Assembly: GCA_035084275.1 (NCBI GenBank)
Contig: CM068778.1
Span: 1,364,001 to 1,428,000 of the forward strand
Reading direction: 5' to 3'
Length of the DNA stretch: 64,000 nucleotides
Source of the DNA: Hydrolagus colliei
Taxonomy: Eukaryota
The notes beneath the pieces are model-generated. The model had not been told where the DNA came from, did no database searches, and was given only the letters and a program-made list of their open reading frames with translations. Of the stretch, positions 24,401-34,451 are shown piece after piece (within the stretch, counting starts at the first letter, position 1; every line of letters starts with the position of its first letter). The position numbers and the translations under genes were made by a program.

Positions 24401-27400
24401 CTTACTTTAATCAGACTTTAATCTGTAGCCCATCCCCTTCACTTTTCTGATGTGTTCTTCTCTGTCAGACTCACTCTTTCTTCCCTCTCTCCCTGACACC
24501 TCCCTGATCCATCATGTCTTTACTCAATTGAACCATCCCAATGGTTTATTTTCCTTTGTGTCTACTAAATTTGTCAGGTAAGGATTTTCTTCAAGTAATG
24601 TGGTAGCTCGTCACTTGAGATAAATTGTTAGCTGATTCTGGGTTCCTTTGACAGACAAAAAGTTTAAAACGTCTTTACTTTACCTGTTACAAAATCAATT
24701 GTGGATTTTGAAGGCTTGACTGTTGGTTTGCTGGGAATTGCAGATATCTGAAAGTCTGTGGAAACAGACAGAATGTATTTATTTGGTTGCGTATGCAACT
24801 ATGTTCTTTACATTGCATATCCTACATATGAGTAAGGGAGTATATATTTCGACATGAGAGTGGAGGTGAATGCTGTGTGGAATGTGTTGTGGGGAGATGA
24901 AGGTGAAACCTGTTGAGAATTGTTGACACTCTACAGAAGTTCTCACCTGTTGCCAAATTGGTGCTATTTAGAGTTATGCCTGGAGTTGTTTTTGGAGTAA
25001 AGGCTGATGGTTCTGCAGATAGCTGGTTGGTTGGTAAAGATTTCTTCCCACCTGTGGAGACATTGCACATACTATTGCACATACATACTGCAGATTGTTC
25101 TTCTGGCAGTTTGCTTGGTGTACTGTCCAGAGAGAGGGAGAAGTAAAGCAAGACAAAGTGTGAAAAAAAAGAATAATAAGGTACAAATTCATCAAACACT
25201 TTCATCTAGATTTGTCCACTAAATTTTCATTCACTTGTTACCTTTCATTCAAAGCCCTCTCTGAAAATTGCCTCTTCCATCCTGGTTAGGTTTCCACCGT
25301 TAAATATCACTCTTTTCCGGTCTGATTTCTATCAAATCTATAGAAGACTTCCTGATGGTCATCTCATATAAGATGCTTTATATTGGTGCAAGCATTTGGT
25401 ATCCTTTAATTATATAACAACAACAACAACAACTTCGATTTATATAGCACCCTCCACGCCGGACGGCGTCTCAGAGCGCTTCACAGTAGCGGATCCCGGG
25501 ACCGAGCCAGGGGCAGGGGCAGGAAGGTGACCAAAAACACTGTCGAGGAGAAAGGTCTTCAACTGTGACCTGAAGCTGGGAAGAGAGGGGGTGAGGCGAA
25601 GCGAGTGAGGAAGGGAGTTCCAGAGCCTCGGGGCATAGTGGCTAAAGGCACAGCCGCCGAGGGTGGAGCAGAGGACTCGGGGGACATGGAGGAGGCCAGA
25701 CCCAGAGGAGCGAAGGCAGCGGGTGCTGGGTTGGGGGGAGAGGAGATCAGAGAGATAGGGGGGTGCAGAGGAGTGGAGGGATTTGAAAACAAGGGTGAGG
25801 ATCTTGAAGTCGATCCTCTCTGGGATAGGGAGCCAGCAAAGTCTGGCAAGGACTGGAGTAATGGGGCAGCAAAGCTCAGAGCGTGTGAGTATGCGGGCGG
25901 CAGAGTTCTGGATAAGCTGGATTTTGTGGATTGTGGTGGAGGGGAGACCGGCGAGGAGGCCATTGCAATAGACCAGACAAGAGGTGACAAAGGCATGGAC
26001 CAAGGTTTCGGCGGCTTTTAAGGTGAGGTACTGCCAGAGACGGGCGATCCGTCAGAGGTGGTAGAAGGCAGTGCTGTTGACGGACTGGATGTGCGGGAGG
26101 AAGGACAGTTGAGGGTCGAACTTGATGCCAAGGTTGCGCACAGGTTCGGAGAGTTTTAGGGGCAGGCCGGGAAGGTGGAGGAGGTGAGAGCCGTGCGAAT
26201 GGAGACGTTGACGAGAGCCAAGGAGTATGGCCTCCGTCTTGTCAACATTCAGCTGCAAGAAATTTTTGCTCATCCAGCCCCTGATGTCTGACAGGCAGCT
26301 GACAGAACATCGGGGGACTGGGGGTCACAAAGTGAAGTGGAGATAGAGTTGGGTGTCATCCATGTACATGTGGAAGTGTGCCCCATGTCTGCGGATCACA
26401 TCCCCAAGAGAAAGCGTATAGATGAGGAAAAGGAGGGGGCCAAGGATGGATCCCTGGGGTACCCCACAGGTAACTGGGTGAGTGCGGGAGGAAAAAACAT
26501 TTGTGGAGATGTACTGCTGGCGGTTTGTGAGGTAGGACTCGAACCAGGCGAGTGCGGTCCCACTGAGGTGGCTGGCGGAGGACAGGGGGTGGAGGAGGAT
26601 GGCGTGGTCGACTATGTCAAAGGCAGCCGACAGGTCCAGGAGGATAAGGAGGCAGAAGGAGCCCTGGTCACTAGAGAGGACATCGTTTGTGACTTTCACA
26701 AGCGCAGGCTCTGTACTGTGGGCAGGGCGGAAACCGGACTGGAGGGGTTCGAAGAGGGAGTGGGAGGAGAGGTGGGCACGGAGTTGGTTTGCAACAACAC
26801 GTTCAGTGCTTTTGAGGAAGGACAGGTTTGAGATAGGGCGGTAGTGGCTGGGGTTTGAGGGATCTAGGGAGGGTTTTTTTCTCAAAATTAAATTAAAGGA
26901 AGCAGGAAACAAAGAAAGAGAGTGAATGAGAGACAGAATGAGAGAGAGAGAGATAGAGCTTCTGAAAGAGAAAGACAGAGAGAGAGACCAAATGAACAAA
27001 CAAACAACAACACAACCAGATTACATTTATAGAGTGCCTTTCATGTCGGGAGGTTGTCCCAAGATGCTGAAACAAATGAACAAATGAATTGAAAGAAAGG
27101 AAGACAAAACGGGAAAGATAAAAATAACTTCTATACAAGCATCCAGTTCAGCAAACATGGATTGTATTCCTTTCAATTTAGAAGGTGATTCAATTGGCTT
27201 GTTTAAGGTGATAAAAGATTGTGTAGTAACAGAGAAGCTATTTCCTGTGGTGGGGATCCAAAACAAGGGGTTAGAATCTTAAAGTTAAAACCAGGCGATT
27301 TAAGAGTGAAATTAGGAAGCATTTTTTTCACTCAAAATGTGGTAGAAATTTGGAACCCTCTCTCCAAAGGCTGTGGACGCTGGATCCATTCCATTCACAC

Positions 27401-30337
27401 CTTCAAATGTGTAGTTAATAGATTTTTGGCAGGTTACCATATTAAGGGATATGGAGAAAAAGTGGAAACTTGGATATGACATGATTATTTGAGGTACAGA
27501 TCAGCCATTATCTAATTAATTGGTGGAACAGGCTTGAAGGGCTGAATGGGTATTCCCGTTACTATACTCTTACGTTTCTCTGTTCCTAACCATCAGAATT
27601 ATTTACTTTCGATTTCTCTTCTTGGGCTTTCAATTGCAAAGGAATTTTTGCAGATAAGCCTCCTGAAATTATGATTGAAGCATTCAACAACAACAAAGTA
27701 CAACAAAATTACATTTATAGAGCGCCTTTCACATCAGGAGGACATCCCAAGGCCCTGAATTCAGCTCGATTGGAAGAGTTGGCAGCAGGATAGGCAGACT
27801 GTCCTCCTGTTCCGTAATTGAACATGACTCTTGGGAGGGTCCATACGGCTACACTTACCTGTGTAGCACATGAACTCGTATGTCTTATTGCAGTAGTCAT
27901 CGAACCACAGGCCATTGTTCACAGCCACACAGACGTCAGACGTAAGGTAGTCATTTGGCTCCATATGTTTCCAGTGTGTGTAGTTGACCTCCTCTCCATT
28001 TGTCCACATCCACGCAACAGTGGAACCGTTTTTACTGAACAGCCCGATCCAGAGAGTACGATCTCCGATAATCAGCTGAGATATGCGCTTGGCATCCTGT
28101 GTACTCTGGATACTGACCAGATCCATGTATTGATCTCGGCAGTAATCCCAGGCTTCAGTCCAGTTTTTCAGTTGCTCGATTGGGTAATATACTCTGTCCA
28201 CAAGTTTATTCCTCGAAGCCCAAACTAGTGAAGAAACATCACAGCAGTGACCATTTGTAGATCCAAATTTCATTACAATAACAACAACAAAATTACAGTT
28301 ATAGAGAGCTTTTCAGGTGTTAAACACTGAAAACACATTACCTTGACATCCCTTTGTATTGGTACTTCGTCCTACCTCAGTAAACTCTAAACAGAAAACT
28401 CTGTTTTCCTACAAAAGTCTTTATGTAATTTATTCCTTTTTTTCGTCCCATCATTGGTCGCCAAACTTTCAGCCACCATTTCCAAATTCTGCGGAAGTAT
28501 TGTATTTCCAAATCTCAGCCTTACTGCCATCACTTTCACCCCTACCCGCTTTTGAAAGATGTCTCTCTTAACACCACTTCTGTTATTGTTGGTCTCATCA
28601 GCAGCCTTAAATATTTTAGCTAAAGTGCTACACAACAACCAACAACAAAAATTATAATTGTATAGTGGCTTTCACATCAGGAGGGCGTCCCAAGGCACTG
28701 GACAGTCAGTGTTTCAGACACGAACTGAGGTCAGAATTGGGGAAGATGGCACAGTCTTCAGATGGGATTTGAAGGAGGCCAGAGAGGGGATGAGGTGGAG
28801 GGATTGTGGGATGGAATTCCAAAGGTTGGGAGCACAGTGGCTGAAGGCTCGCCCGCTGATAATGGGACGGGTGGGTCTGGGGCATGGAATAGCCCGGATC
28901 CTACTGAGAAAGTGGACAGGTTGGTAGGGGTTAGGAGGTTCTAGAGGTAGGGTGGGGTTTAAAGGTGAGACAAGTCCAGTGCGTGCATTGAACTCCAGAT
29001 CTCCATTTGGGGACTGGTATCAACGGAAAGAAGTAACAGATGTCAAATTATTTGTCAAAAACTAAGGTACATCACTATGTAGCCCCAGAATCAAAACTAT
29101 TGCATATCAATGAATAAACGTATGGGCAGAAATATGTAAATTTCTGAGGAAATAGTTGCAAAGCGAGGTTATTTCAAACCTGCAGGTTGAGGTTTTTCTG
29201 ATATAGCAGGTTTTGTGGGCTCTGAGGACTTGATTTCTGGTTTGATGGTGGTCGCAGCATTTTCATAATCTGTGAAAGTGGAATGAGCAAAACAATTACA
29301 AAACAAATAATAAAATTAATAATCTTTGCATTTGATATAGTGCCCCATTATGATATCGAGACGAGTCAAAGTGCTTAACACTGTAATGTACTGTTATATT
29401 TTCTGGGTAAAACCCGGCTCCCAATTGCACACAGAAGTGTCTTGACAAACAGTTATGAATGACTAATTGGTATGCTTGGAAAGCAATCCACCAATTGACT
29501 AACTCTTTACCTTCATAACAGATGAACCAATAAGTTTGATTGCAGTACTCATCAAGCCACAGCCCATTGTGCAAAGCCACACACATCTCAGAAGCTGGAT
29601 AATCATTCATCTTTTTATCTTTCCAGTTAGTATAATTGAATGTGTCTTCATTGGTCCATTGCCATCCATCAGTGGTTAGATTATTGTTGTACAACCCAAT
29701 CCAATAGGATTCTCCATCATTAATCATCTGAGCAGTGATATTAGTTTCCTCTGGGCTCCGGATGCTGACCAGATCCACATAGTGAGTCCGGCAGTGATCC
29801 AGGGCTTCAAACCATTTCTTCTTTTCATTAATTGCGTGGTACTTTCTGTCCAAGGATAGAACAGTTTGGGGCAGAGCTGCAAAGATGCAATCGCAACAAT
29901 AACAAAGATTGCATTACATAGCGCTCCTCATGTGGGTTAGTGCCCCAGCACACTTGGCAATATAAGAATACTAATCCTTACATTTGATATAGCGCTTTTC
30001 ATGTCTTCTAGATGTCTTAAAGTGCTTCGCAAAATATACTGTAAAGTGAATTGACTACATATTTGTGGGCGAAACGTGGCAGCCAATTCGGCACAGCAGC
30101 GTCCCACAGACAGATTTGAGTGACCAATTTATTATTGCCTTTTGTTTTCGAGAGATTATTATTAGGCATGTGGAGTAAGGAAACTTGCCCAAGATTTTGC
30201 CTTTCCAAGAATCAAACTCGGGTCACTCGCTGGTAAGGTGAGTGCTCTAAATACTGAGCTACAGGACTCCAGATGATAAAAATAGACTCACCTTGAGTAA
30301 GAAGGAGGAGGGAGAAGAGAACCAGCATTTTACTCAT
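386..30337 (-). CDS. Multi-C-type-lectin-domain / mucin-spacer gene (mannose-receptor-like annotation class); 3' end lies outside the window
   Basis: Leader exon plus 10 intact CTLD exons (WxxAxxxC..DL.SI..WIGL..W.W..C.A....W....C...Y.F.CY) and short spacers, all with AG/GT ends in phase 1; no TM exon or confirmed stop found in the window. Confidence 0.85.
1046..1417 (-). CDS. CTLD exon C10 (no EPN/QPD; WLS)
   Basis: 372 nt, tcttcacag/GTAAGA; matches ORF 972..1508. Confidence 0.9.
1590..1695. repeat. Compound tetranucleotide microsatellite (GATT/GGTT/GATA)n
   Basis: Read directly from the sequence. Confidence 0.9.
2175..2189 (-). CDS. Candidate 15-nt microexon (D)STIT(G)
   Basis: ttaattttgccag/ACAGCACCATCACTG/GTAAGC, phase 1-1; could be chance. 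Confidence 0.3.
3250..3512 (-). mobile_element. tRNA-derived SINE (Deu-domain-like body, L2-type tail)
   Basis: Head TAGCTCAGTGG...GTTTCGAATCC; body caattggctgccg; tail gaagcgctttgagatgtc...gctatatcaaatgcaag. Confidence 0.75.
3525..5070 (-). mobile_element. L2 LINE 3' fragment (degenerate reverse transcriptase)
   Basis: [38 protein letters not shown]. Confidence 0.85.
5401..5763 (-). CDS. CTLD exon C9 (EAN + WFN)
   Basis: 363 nt, tttctcag/GTAAGA; matches ORF 5177..5761. Confidence 0.9.
6034..6411 (-). CDS. CTLD exon C8 (EPD); canonical donor mutated, in-frame GT 9 nt downstream
   Basis: Open hand translation [17 protein letters not shown]...[11 protein letters not shown]; tcttattag acceptor; GTAAAT at 6033. 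Confidence 0.75.
6629..7030. mobile_element. Non-autonomous Tc1/mariner-superfamily MITE
   Basis: Terminal inverted repeats CCGTAAAT...TATAAGGCGCAC at both ends, flanked by TA on each side. Confidence 0.8.
7327..7692 (-). CDS. CTLD exon C7 (ELN + WFN)
   Basis: 366 nt, ctcaccag/GTAAGA; matches ORF 7310..7705. Confidence 0.9.
8058..8159 (-). CDS. Spacer exon S7 [35 protein letters not shown]
   Basis: 102 nt, ctttaacag/GTAAAA, P/S/T-rich, phase 1-1. Confidence 0.75.
9040..9378 (+). mobile_element. CR1 3'-end fragment
   Basis: Similar by eye to the 3' end of the CR1 at 19020-19370; ends gggccgaatggcctccttctgtgccgtaa. Confidence 0.65.
9519..9872 (-). CDS. CTLD exon C6 (EPN + WFD)
   Basis: 354 nt, ctcaccag/GTAAGA; matches ORF 9436..9918. 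Confidence 0.9.
10992..11357 (-). CDS. CTLD exon C5 (EPN + WFD): [29 protein letters not shown]...YRFACYKG
   Basis: 366 nt, ctcacaag/GTAAGA; hand-translated open frame, absent from the ORF track. Confidence 0.9.
12286..12625 (-). pseudogene. Decayed CTLD pseudo-exon (boundaries approximate)
   Basis: Remnants DYHRI..NWAE / [10 protein letters not shown] / KDTPLW / FDDYCHQTY with deletions, stops and no GT donor. Confidence 0.7.
12914..13030 (-). CDS. Mucin-like exon M6 [40 protein letters not shown]
   Basis: 117 nt, tgtatccag/GTAACA, open. Confidence 0.75.
13952..14083 (-). CDS. Spacer exon S6 [45 protein letters not shown]
   Basis: 132 nt, gtgactgcag/GTACAA, phase 1-1; resembles the M exons (IVFSTEETP vs IIFATETTP). 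Confidence 0.65.
14643..15008 (-). CDS. CTLD exon C4 (EPN + WVD)
   Basis: 366 nt, gatcatcag/GTAAAA; matches ORF 14611..15000. Confidence 0.9.
15402..15518 (-). CDS. Mucin-like exon M5 [40 protein letters not shown]
   Basis: 117 nt, tgtatccag/GTAACA, open. Confidence 0.75.
16717..16833 (-). CDS. Mucin-like exon M4 [40 protein letters not shown]
   Basis: 117 nt, tgtatccag/GTAACA, open. Confidence 0.75.
17332..17448 (-). CDS. Mucin-like exon M3 [40 protein letters not shown]
   Basis: 117 nt, tgcatccag/GTAACA, open. Confidence 0.75.
17515..20250 (-). mobile_element. L2 fragment interrupted by a CR1 insertion
   Basis: L2 3' end 17515-17727 resumes at about 19375; [10 protein letters not shown] motif. 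Confidence 0.8.
17728..19372 (+). mobile_element. CR1 LINE 3' fragment (degenerate reverse transcriptase)
   Basis: [52 protein letters not shown]. Confidence 0.88.
20673..20789 (-). CDS. Mucin-like exon M2 [40 protein letters not shown]
   Basis: 117 nt, tgtatccag/GTAATA; lies within ORF 20563..20811. Confidence 0.75.
21404..21520 (-). CDS. Mucin-like exon M1 [40 protein letters not shown]
   Basis: 117 nt, tgtatccag/GTAACA, open, phase 1-1. Confidence 0.75.
21745..23215 (+). mobile_element. 5'-truncated L2 LINE
   Basis: [37 protein letters not shown]; GTT-repeat tail. Confidence 0.88.
23934..24299 (-). CDS. CTLD exon C3 (EPK + WFD)
   Basis: 366 nt, tctcattag/GTAATT; matches ORF 23923..24321. 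Confidence 0.9.
24684..24755 (-). CDS. Spacer exon S5 [25 protein letters not shown]
   Basis: 72 nt, tttccacag/GTAAAG, phase 1-1. Confidence 0.7.
24947..25051 (-). CDS. Spacer exon S4 [36 protein letters not shown]
   Basis: 105 nt, tctccacag/GTGAGA, P/T/S-rich, phase 1-1. Confidence 0.7.
25415..26880 (-). mobile_element. 5'-truncated L2 LINE
   Basis: [40 protein letters not shown]; GTT-repeat tail. Confidence 0.88.
27591..27662 (-). CDS. Candidate spacer exon S3 [25 protein letters not shown]
   Basis: 72 nt, aatttcag/GTTAGG, open in phase 1-1. Confidence 0.45.
27859..28224 (-). CDS. CTLD exon C2 (EPN + WFD)
   Basis: 366 nt, ttcactag/GTAAGT; matches ORF 27761..28273. Confidence 0.9.
28342..28386 (-). 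CDS. Candidate short spacer exon S2 [16 protein letters not shown]
   Basis: 45 nt, ttctgtttag/GTAATG, open in phase 1-1. Confidence 0.5.
29180..29269 (-). CDS. Spacer exon S1 [31 protein letters not shown]
   Basis: 90 nt, ctttcacag/GTTTGA, open in phase 1-1, P/T/S-rich. Confidence 0.75.
29511..29876 (-). CDS. CTLD exon C1 ([14 protein letters not shown]...WFICYEG)
   Basis: 366 nt, tttgcag/GTAAAG, 4 core Cys, WIGL. Confidence 0.9.
29975..30272 (-). mobile_element. tRNA-derived SINE, same family
   Basis: Same head, body and tail. Confidence 0.7.
30292..30337 (-). CDS. Lectin gene signal-peptide exon [15 protein letters not shown](G)
   Basis: ATG, hydrophobic core, 46 nt ending in phase 1 at a GTGAGT donor. 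Confidence 0.8.
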
Positions 30338-33314
30338 CCTCTCAAGGGAAATTGTTTGCAGAAAAATGGAGTAAGTTGCTTGTGAGACTAAATTGGCTGC
30401 TATTCTGCAACAGCAGTGACCTGCAAATAGCATCAGATGGATATAATGATGCAGAGTGTCTGGGAGAAAAGCCCCCCACCCCGCCACATAAACCAACACG
30501 CACATACATGTATAAATTATGGGTTCTCTGAAATACTAATAGAGTAAATGTAGACCAATGTGGAATCACTAGATAAGTAGTCCTAGGTTTGAGAATTTCT
30601 TGCAAAACGAAATGACAATCTACAGTAAATGGGAATTATTATTATTATTATTACAATACTACAGCATTAAAGTACATCACTGTGCAATTGATTATTCTGA
30701 AAACAACATTCCGGGTTTCCCATTTATGCTTTAAACTGGAATTTTACACAATTCAACTTGAATTAAAATTTTAATTTAGAATTAAAATTTAGAATTTAGA
30801 ATTTAAAGAAATGCATGCTTTTGAGGATTGTTATTTTATTGATGGACCTTCATGAACATCAGCAGGATAAACCTTCTCTGTCTATAAAACCAGCCTCAGG
30901 AACAAGACTGATCTCTGGCAAAATCTATCCTCATGTAATGCACATCCCCGGTATTGCTTTAGAACACATCTCTGGGAAACCAACTGAGACATTCACTGTC
31001 ATGTTGCAAGTATTTTCCCCCCAAATCAAAGGAGACATTTTGGAACCATATGGCAAAATTATAAGCAGTCAGTGTCTCAAAGAGGTGCTTACCAGATCTC
31101 CTCCTCGTTCACTCGCCAGCTACGCTTCAATTGCAGAATTTGCCACAAAGTCCAAGTGGAGGTCTCAGCCAAGCTGAGCAGAAGTATAACAAGTGGTGAG
31201 TGTGACAGCTGATGACAGTCACTCGTGGGTTCCTTTGAGAAGCGTGTAGTAAAAAAAACGGTCAGTTTTCTGCAAACCAACGATCCCCTCTCTTCAGCAC
31301 AGATAAACAAAACAAGAAAAGGTTTCTGGGGAAAAGTTGCACTTGAGTTTATAGATCTGGGAGACAACCTCTCCCATCCTGCACTACACGGAAATCACAA
31401 GAAGACGGGAAAGGCTGATCAAAAAAAAGTCCAAGTTACATCTAGTCCACCTTCTATCATCCTGGTTGTCACGTTCTACAATAATGGGGATGTTGATAGC
31501 AATCAATTATTTATGGATTACTCTACATCACAGTGGGAAGCTTTGGGAACCTCAGATCCAAAGTTGCCTGGATCTTTGATGCATACAACACTTGTAATGT
31601 CTCAAATTACTCATATACTGTACTGTATAAATGTACCACTCATATAAAGCCGTCTTCTGGTCTGTTTTGTATAGCTCCTTCAGATACATTTTTGTGAGTG
31701 TTACTTCTGTACTTGTGGAGTGTAATTTGCCACAATTTCCTTTCCAAATGTGTCATCGAGCCAAAGAAAACAAACTAACTGTTCGTTAAGTCACAAAATC
31801 CTGTCTTAGAACAGGACCTTCTCAAGGGAAATAAAATAAACAATGTAAAAACAGGACTCATCAGCAAACAAAAGTGTTTCTACTGTTTCACTTTGTTGGG
31901 GTAGAGAAGATACAAGTGCTTGGGATGAATGGAATGTGATTTTTTTTAAGTTGAATCATGCCTTGGAATGTGATTTTTTTTTAAGTTGAATTATGCCTTA
32001 GAGGTGCTTACTGGGGATAAAATAGACAATCAACCAAAAAGCACCTTATTCAGCAATTAACCCCAGTTAATATCAACTTGGAACAGTTGTACACACATAT
32101 TTGATCTTATTTTTCTGGCAAAAGGTAGGAGGATTTTGTATTGAGATATCCCAGAAAGCAATGGAGAATAGGGGGATGGTATCATGATTACATTGATTAC
32201 ATTGATCAGTTGGTCGGGCGTGGAAAACTAGAGACAAAAGGGTTATATAGGTGGGTAGTTAGTACATTATATTAAAAAAGCCTACATTTGAAATAGCACC
32301 TTTATATGATGTCTCACAGGCATTCACAGGTACACTGTAGTGGAGTGACTGTATATTTTGGTGGCAAAACGAGGGAGCCAATTGCTCAAATCAGTGTCCC
32401 ACAAACAGCTGTAGAATGAGTGACCGATTTATTATTACTTGTTTATTTTGAAAGGATTATTACCCCCCTGGAAAAACTTTCCACTGTTGGACTAATAACC
32501 GGGTTCCTAATTACTGCAAATTAAAACAGTGTTGAGGGATGTGGAAATAATGTAACAACATGTCAGAGCAGATCTGTAGGCTGAAATGGCCATCTCGTGT
32601 GTGTTCCTACAAATTCTTAGGCACAACATGATTTGTATTTAAACTGAAGGCAACTATGAGATTAATGTAAGTACATCTGAAACCTTGGACATTTTGCTGT
32701 ATTAGTATTGTTTTACTGTGATTGCTTTCTCTGTCAAAATAAGAAAGTTGTCAGGAGAAACAAAAGTACATTCAACAACAACAACAGCGTAAAGGGAGCA
32801 TTACTGTGTCTCTAGCATTGACCTGGGAGTGTGGACCGCAGAGTAAAGGGAGCTTGTTTTTGAGACAAGTCAAGTAGTTCTTCCTCAGACTCATTGAATG
32901 TAACTTGTTCTTTACAGGAGTTCTAATCTAGTCCATTTCAGAGGCAACCATCACTCCATTTTTCCCACTGCCCACCCTGTTCAACCTTTATCTTGATATG
33001 TGATTCTGGGACTAATTTTGCTCCTGCAGTTCTCACTCAGTCCCCTAGGGGAGGCTGTGGCCTCACGGTATCAATGCCCCCGCCCCCATCTTCACATCGC
33101 ATAAAGTGCCACAAGGTGGGAGGTCCATCTGTAATGTGGTTCATACACTTTGGTGTAATTGGTAGACTAACTCGCCAGTGTTTCATGTCAGAGAGATTGT
33201 GTTTGTTTCCATGCGTGTTGTGTGTGTGTGTCTGTGTGCATGTGAGAGAGACAGATCGAGAGAGAAGTGAGCCAGAGTGTGAGGTGCCCAAGATTAATCA
33301 AGTATCTGCCATCA

Positions 33315-34451
33315 ATGAGTCTGTCCTTTCTCACTGTCTTTCTGATCTACATCCTCTGGCCCTGTGAGTATCTCTCCACATCTCCCAATTCCCCTCAGAT
33401 TCCCAATTCCATTAGGATTTCATATAATTCCCTTCTCTCTGTCTCTCTGTCTCCAGCTCTATCTCTGCCTGTTTCTTTATCTGTATGTATGCGTGTGTGT
33501 GTGTCTGTCTCATACCTCTTCATTACTTGGCTCCTGAGCCTGGAGGGGCCATAACATTCCAGACTCTAGCCTGACTGACAGGAGTATTCAAAGCAGACTG
33601 GTCACTGGGATTCTTCCCAATCAGCTCCCAATGCAAGGCTCTAACTTCAAGCTCCTCACTCTTGTGCTTAAATTCCTCCACTCCATGGCATCCCCTTACA
33701 TCTCTAATCTCTTCTCTATTCACAACATTACCCGCTCCCTCCGCTCTGGTGGGTTCAGCCTCCTCCTTGTCCCCAAGTCCTTTACTACTGTGCTTTCAGC
33801 TGCTAAGCCGCAAAACTTTGGAACTCCCTCCTTCAACCCCTTCACCGCGGACCCCCTCCTTTCCAGTCTTCAGTACCTGAAAATCTTTCTCTTTGACCGC
33901 ACTTATGATTACCTTCCCCCTCCCCTGGCTCGGCCACAGGCTCTGCCATTGTTAAGCACTCTGAGACGCCACCGAACATGATATGAATGCAAGTTGTTGG
34001 AGAAGTGTCTCTCCCAATGTCTGGCCACCAGATATAATCACTACGGCTGTTTGCCAGTTATTTTGCTGCCTTGTTGGCCCACAACACACAGTCACTACAC
34101 TTGACAGCGAGTCCCACTTTTGGTTTAACGCTCATGTTCTCTCTCAGGCTGGGCGATGGCCGAGCTGATCTATCAGTGGCCTCCGAGGCTGGTGGTCAGA
34201 GAGGGAGACCCTGTGACGTTGGGTTGCCACCAAAATGACAGCAGTAAAGAGACAATGCTCTGGTACCAGCAGAGAGATGGAGAGGGCCTGAGGCTGATCG
34301 GATATGTCTACTATCCAAACTCACCAACTATGGAGAAGGACCAGCCGGGTCAATTTGAGATCATATCACAAAGTAAGGCTACCTCCCAGCTGAACATCTC
34401 AATGGTGAGATCACCTCAGGAGGGGGTCTATTACTGTGCGGCCAGGATGAG
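33315..34451 (+). CDS. TRBV: Inverted TCR beta V segment 3' of C (leader 33315-33363, V exon 34148-34451), intact
   Basis: Leader MSLSFLTVFLIYILWPC/GTGAGT; V exon with C23, WYQQ, YYCAAR; RSS CACAGTG(34452)-23-ACATAAACC(34482-34490). Confidence 0.95.

Noticed and set aside
31225-31647. 140-aa ORF between the lectin gene and the inverted V
   Set aside because: No recognisable domain, no ATG start (the track's start codon is GTG) and no splice support
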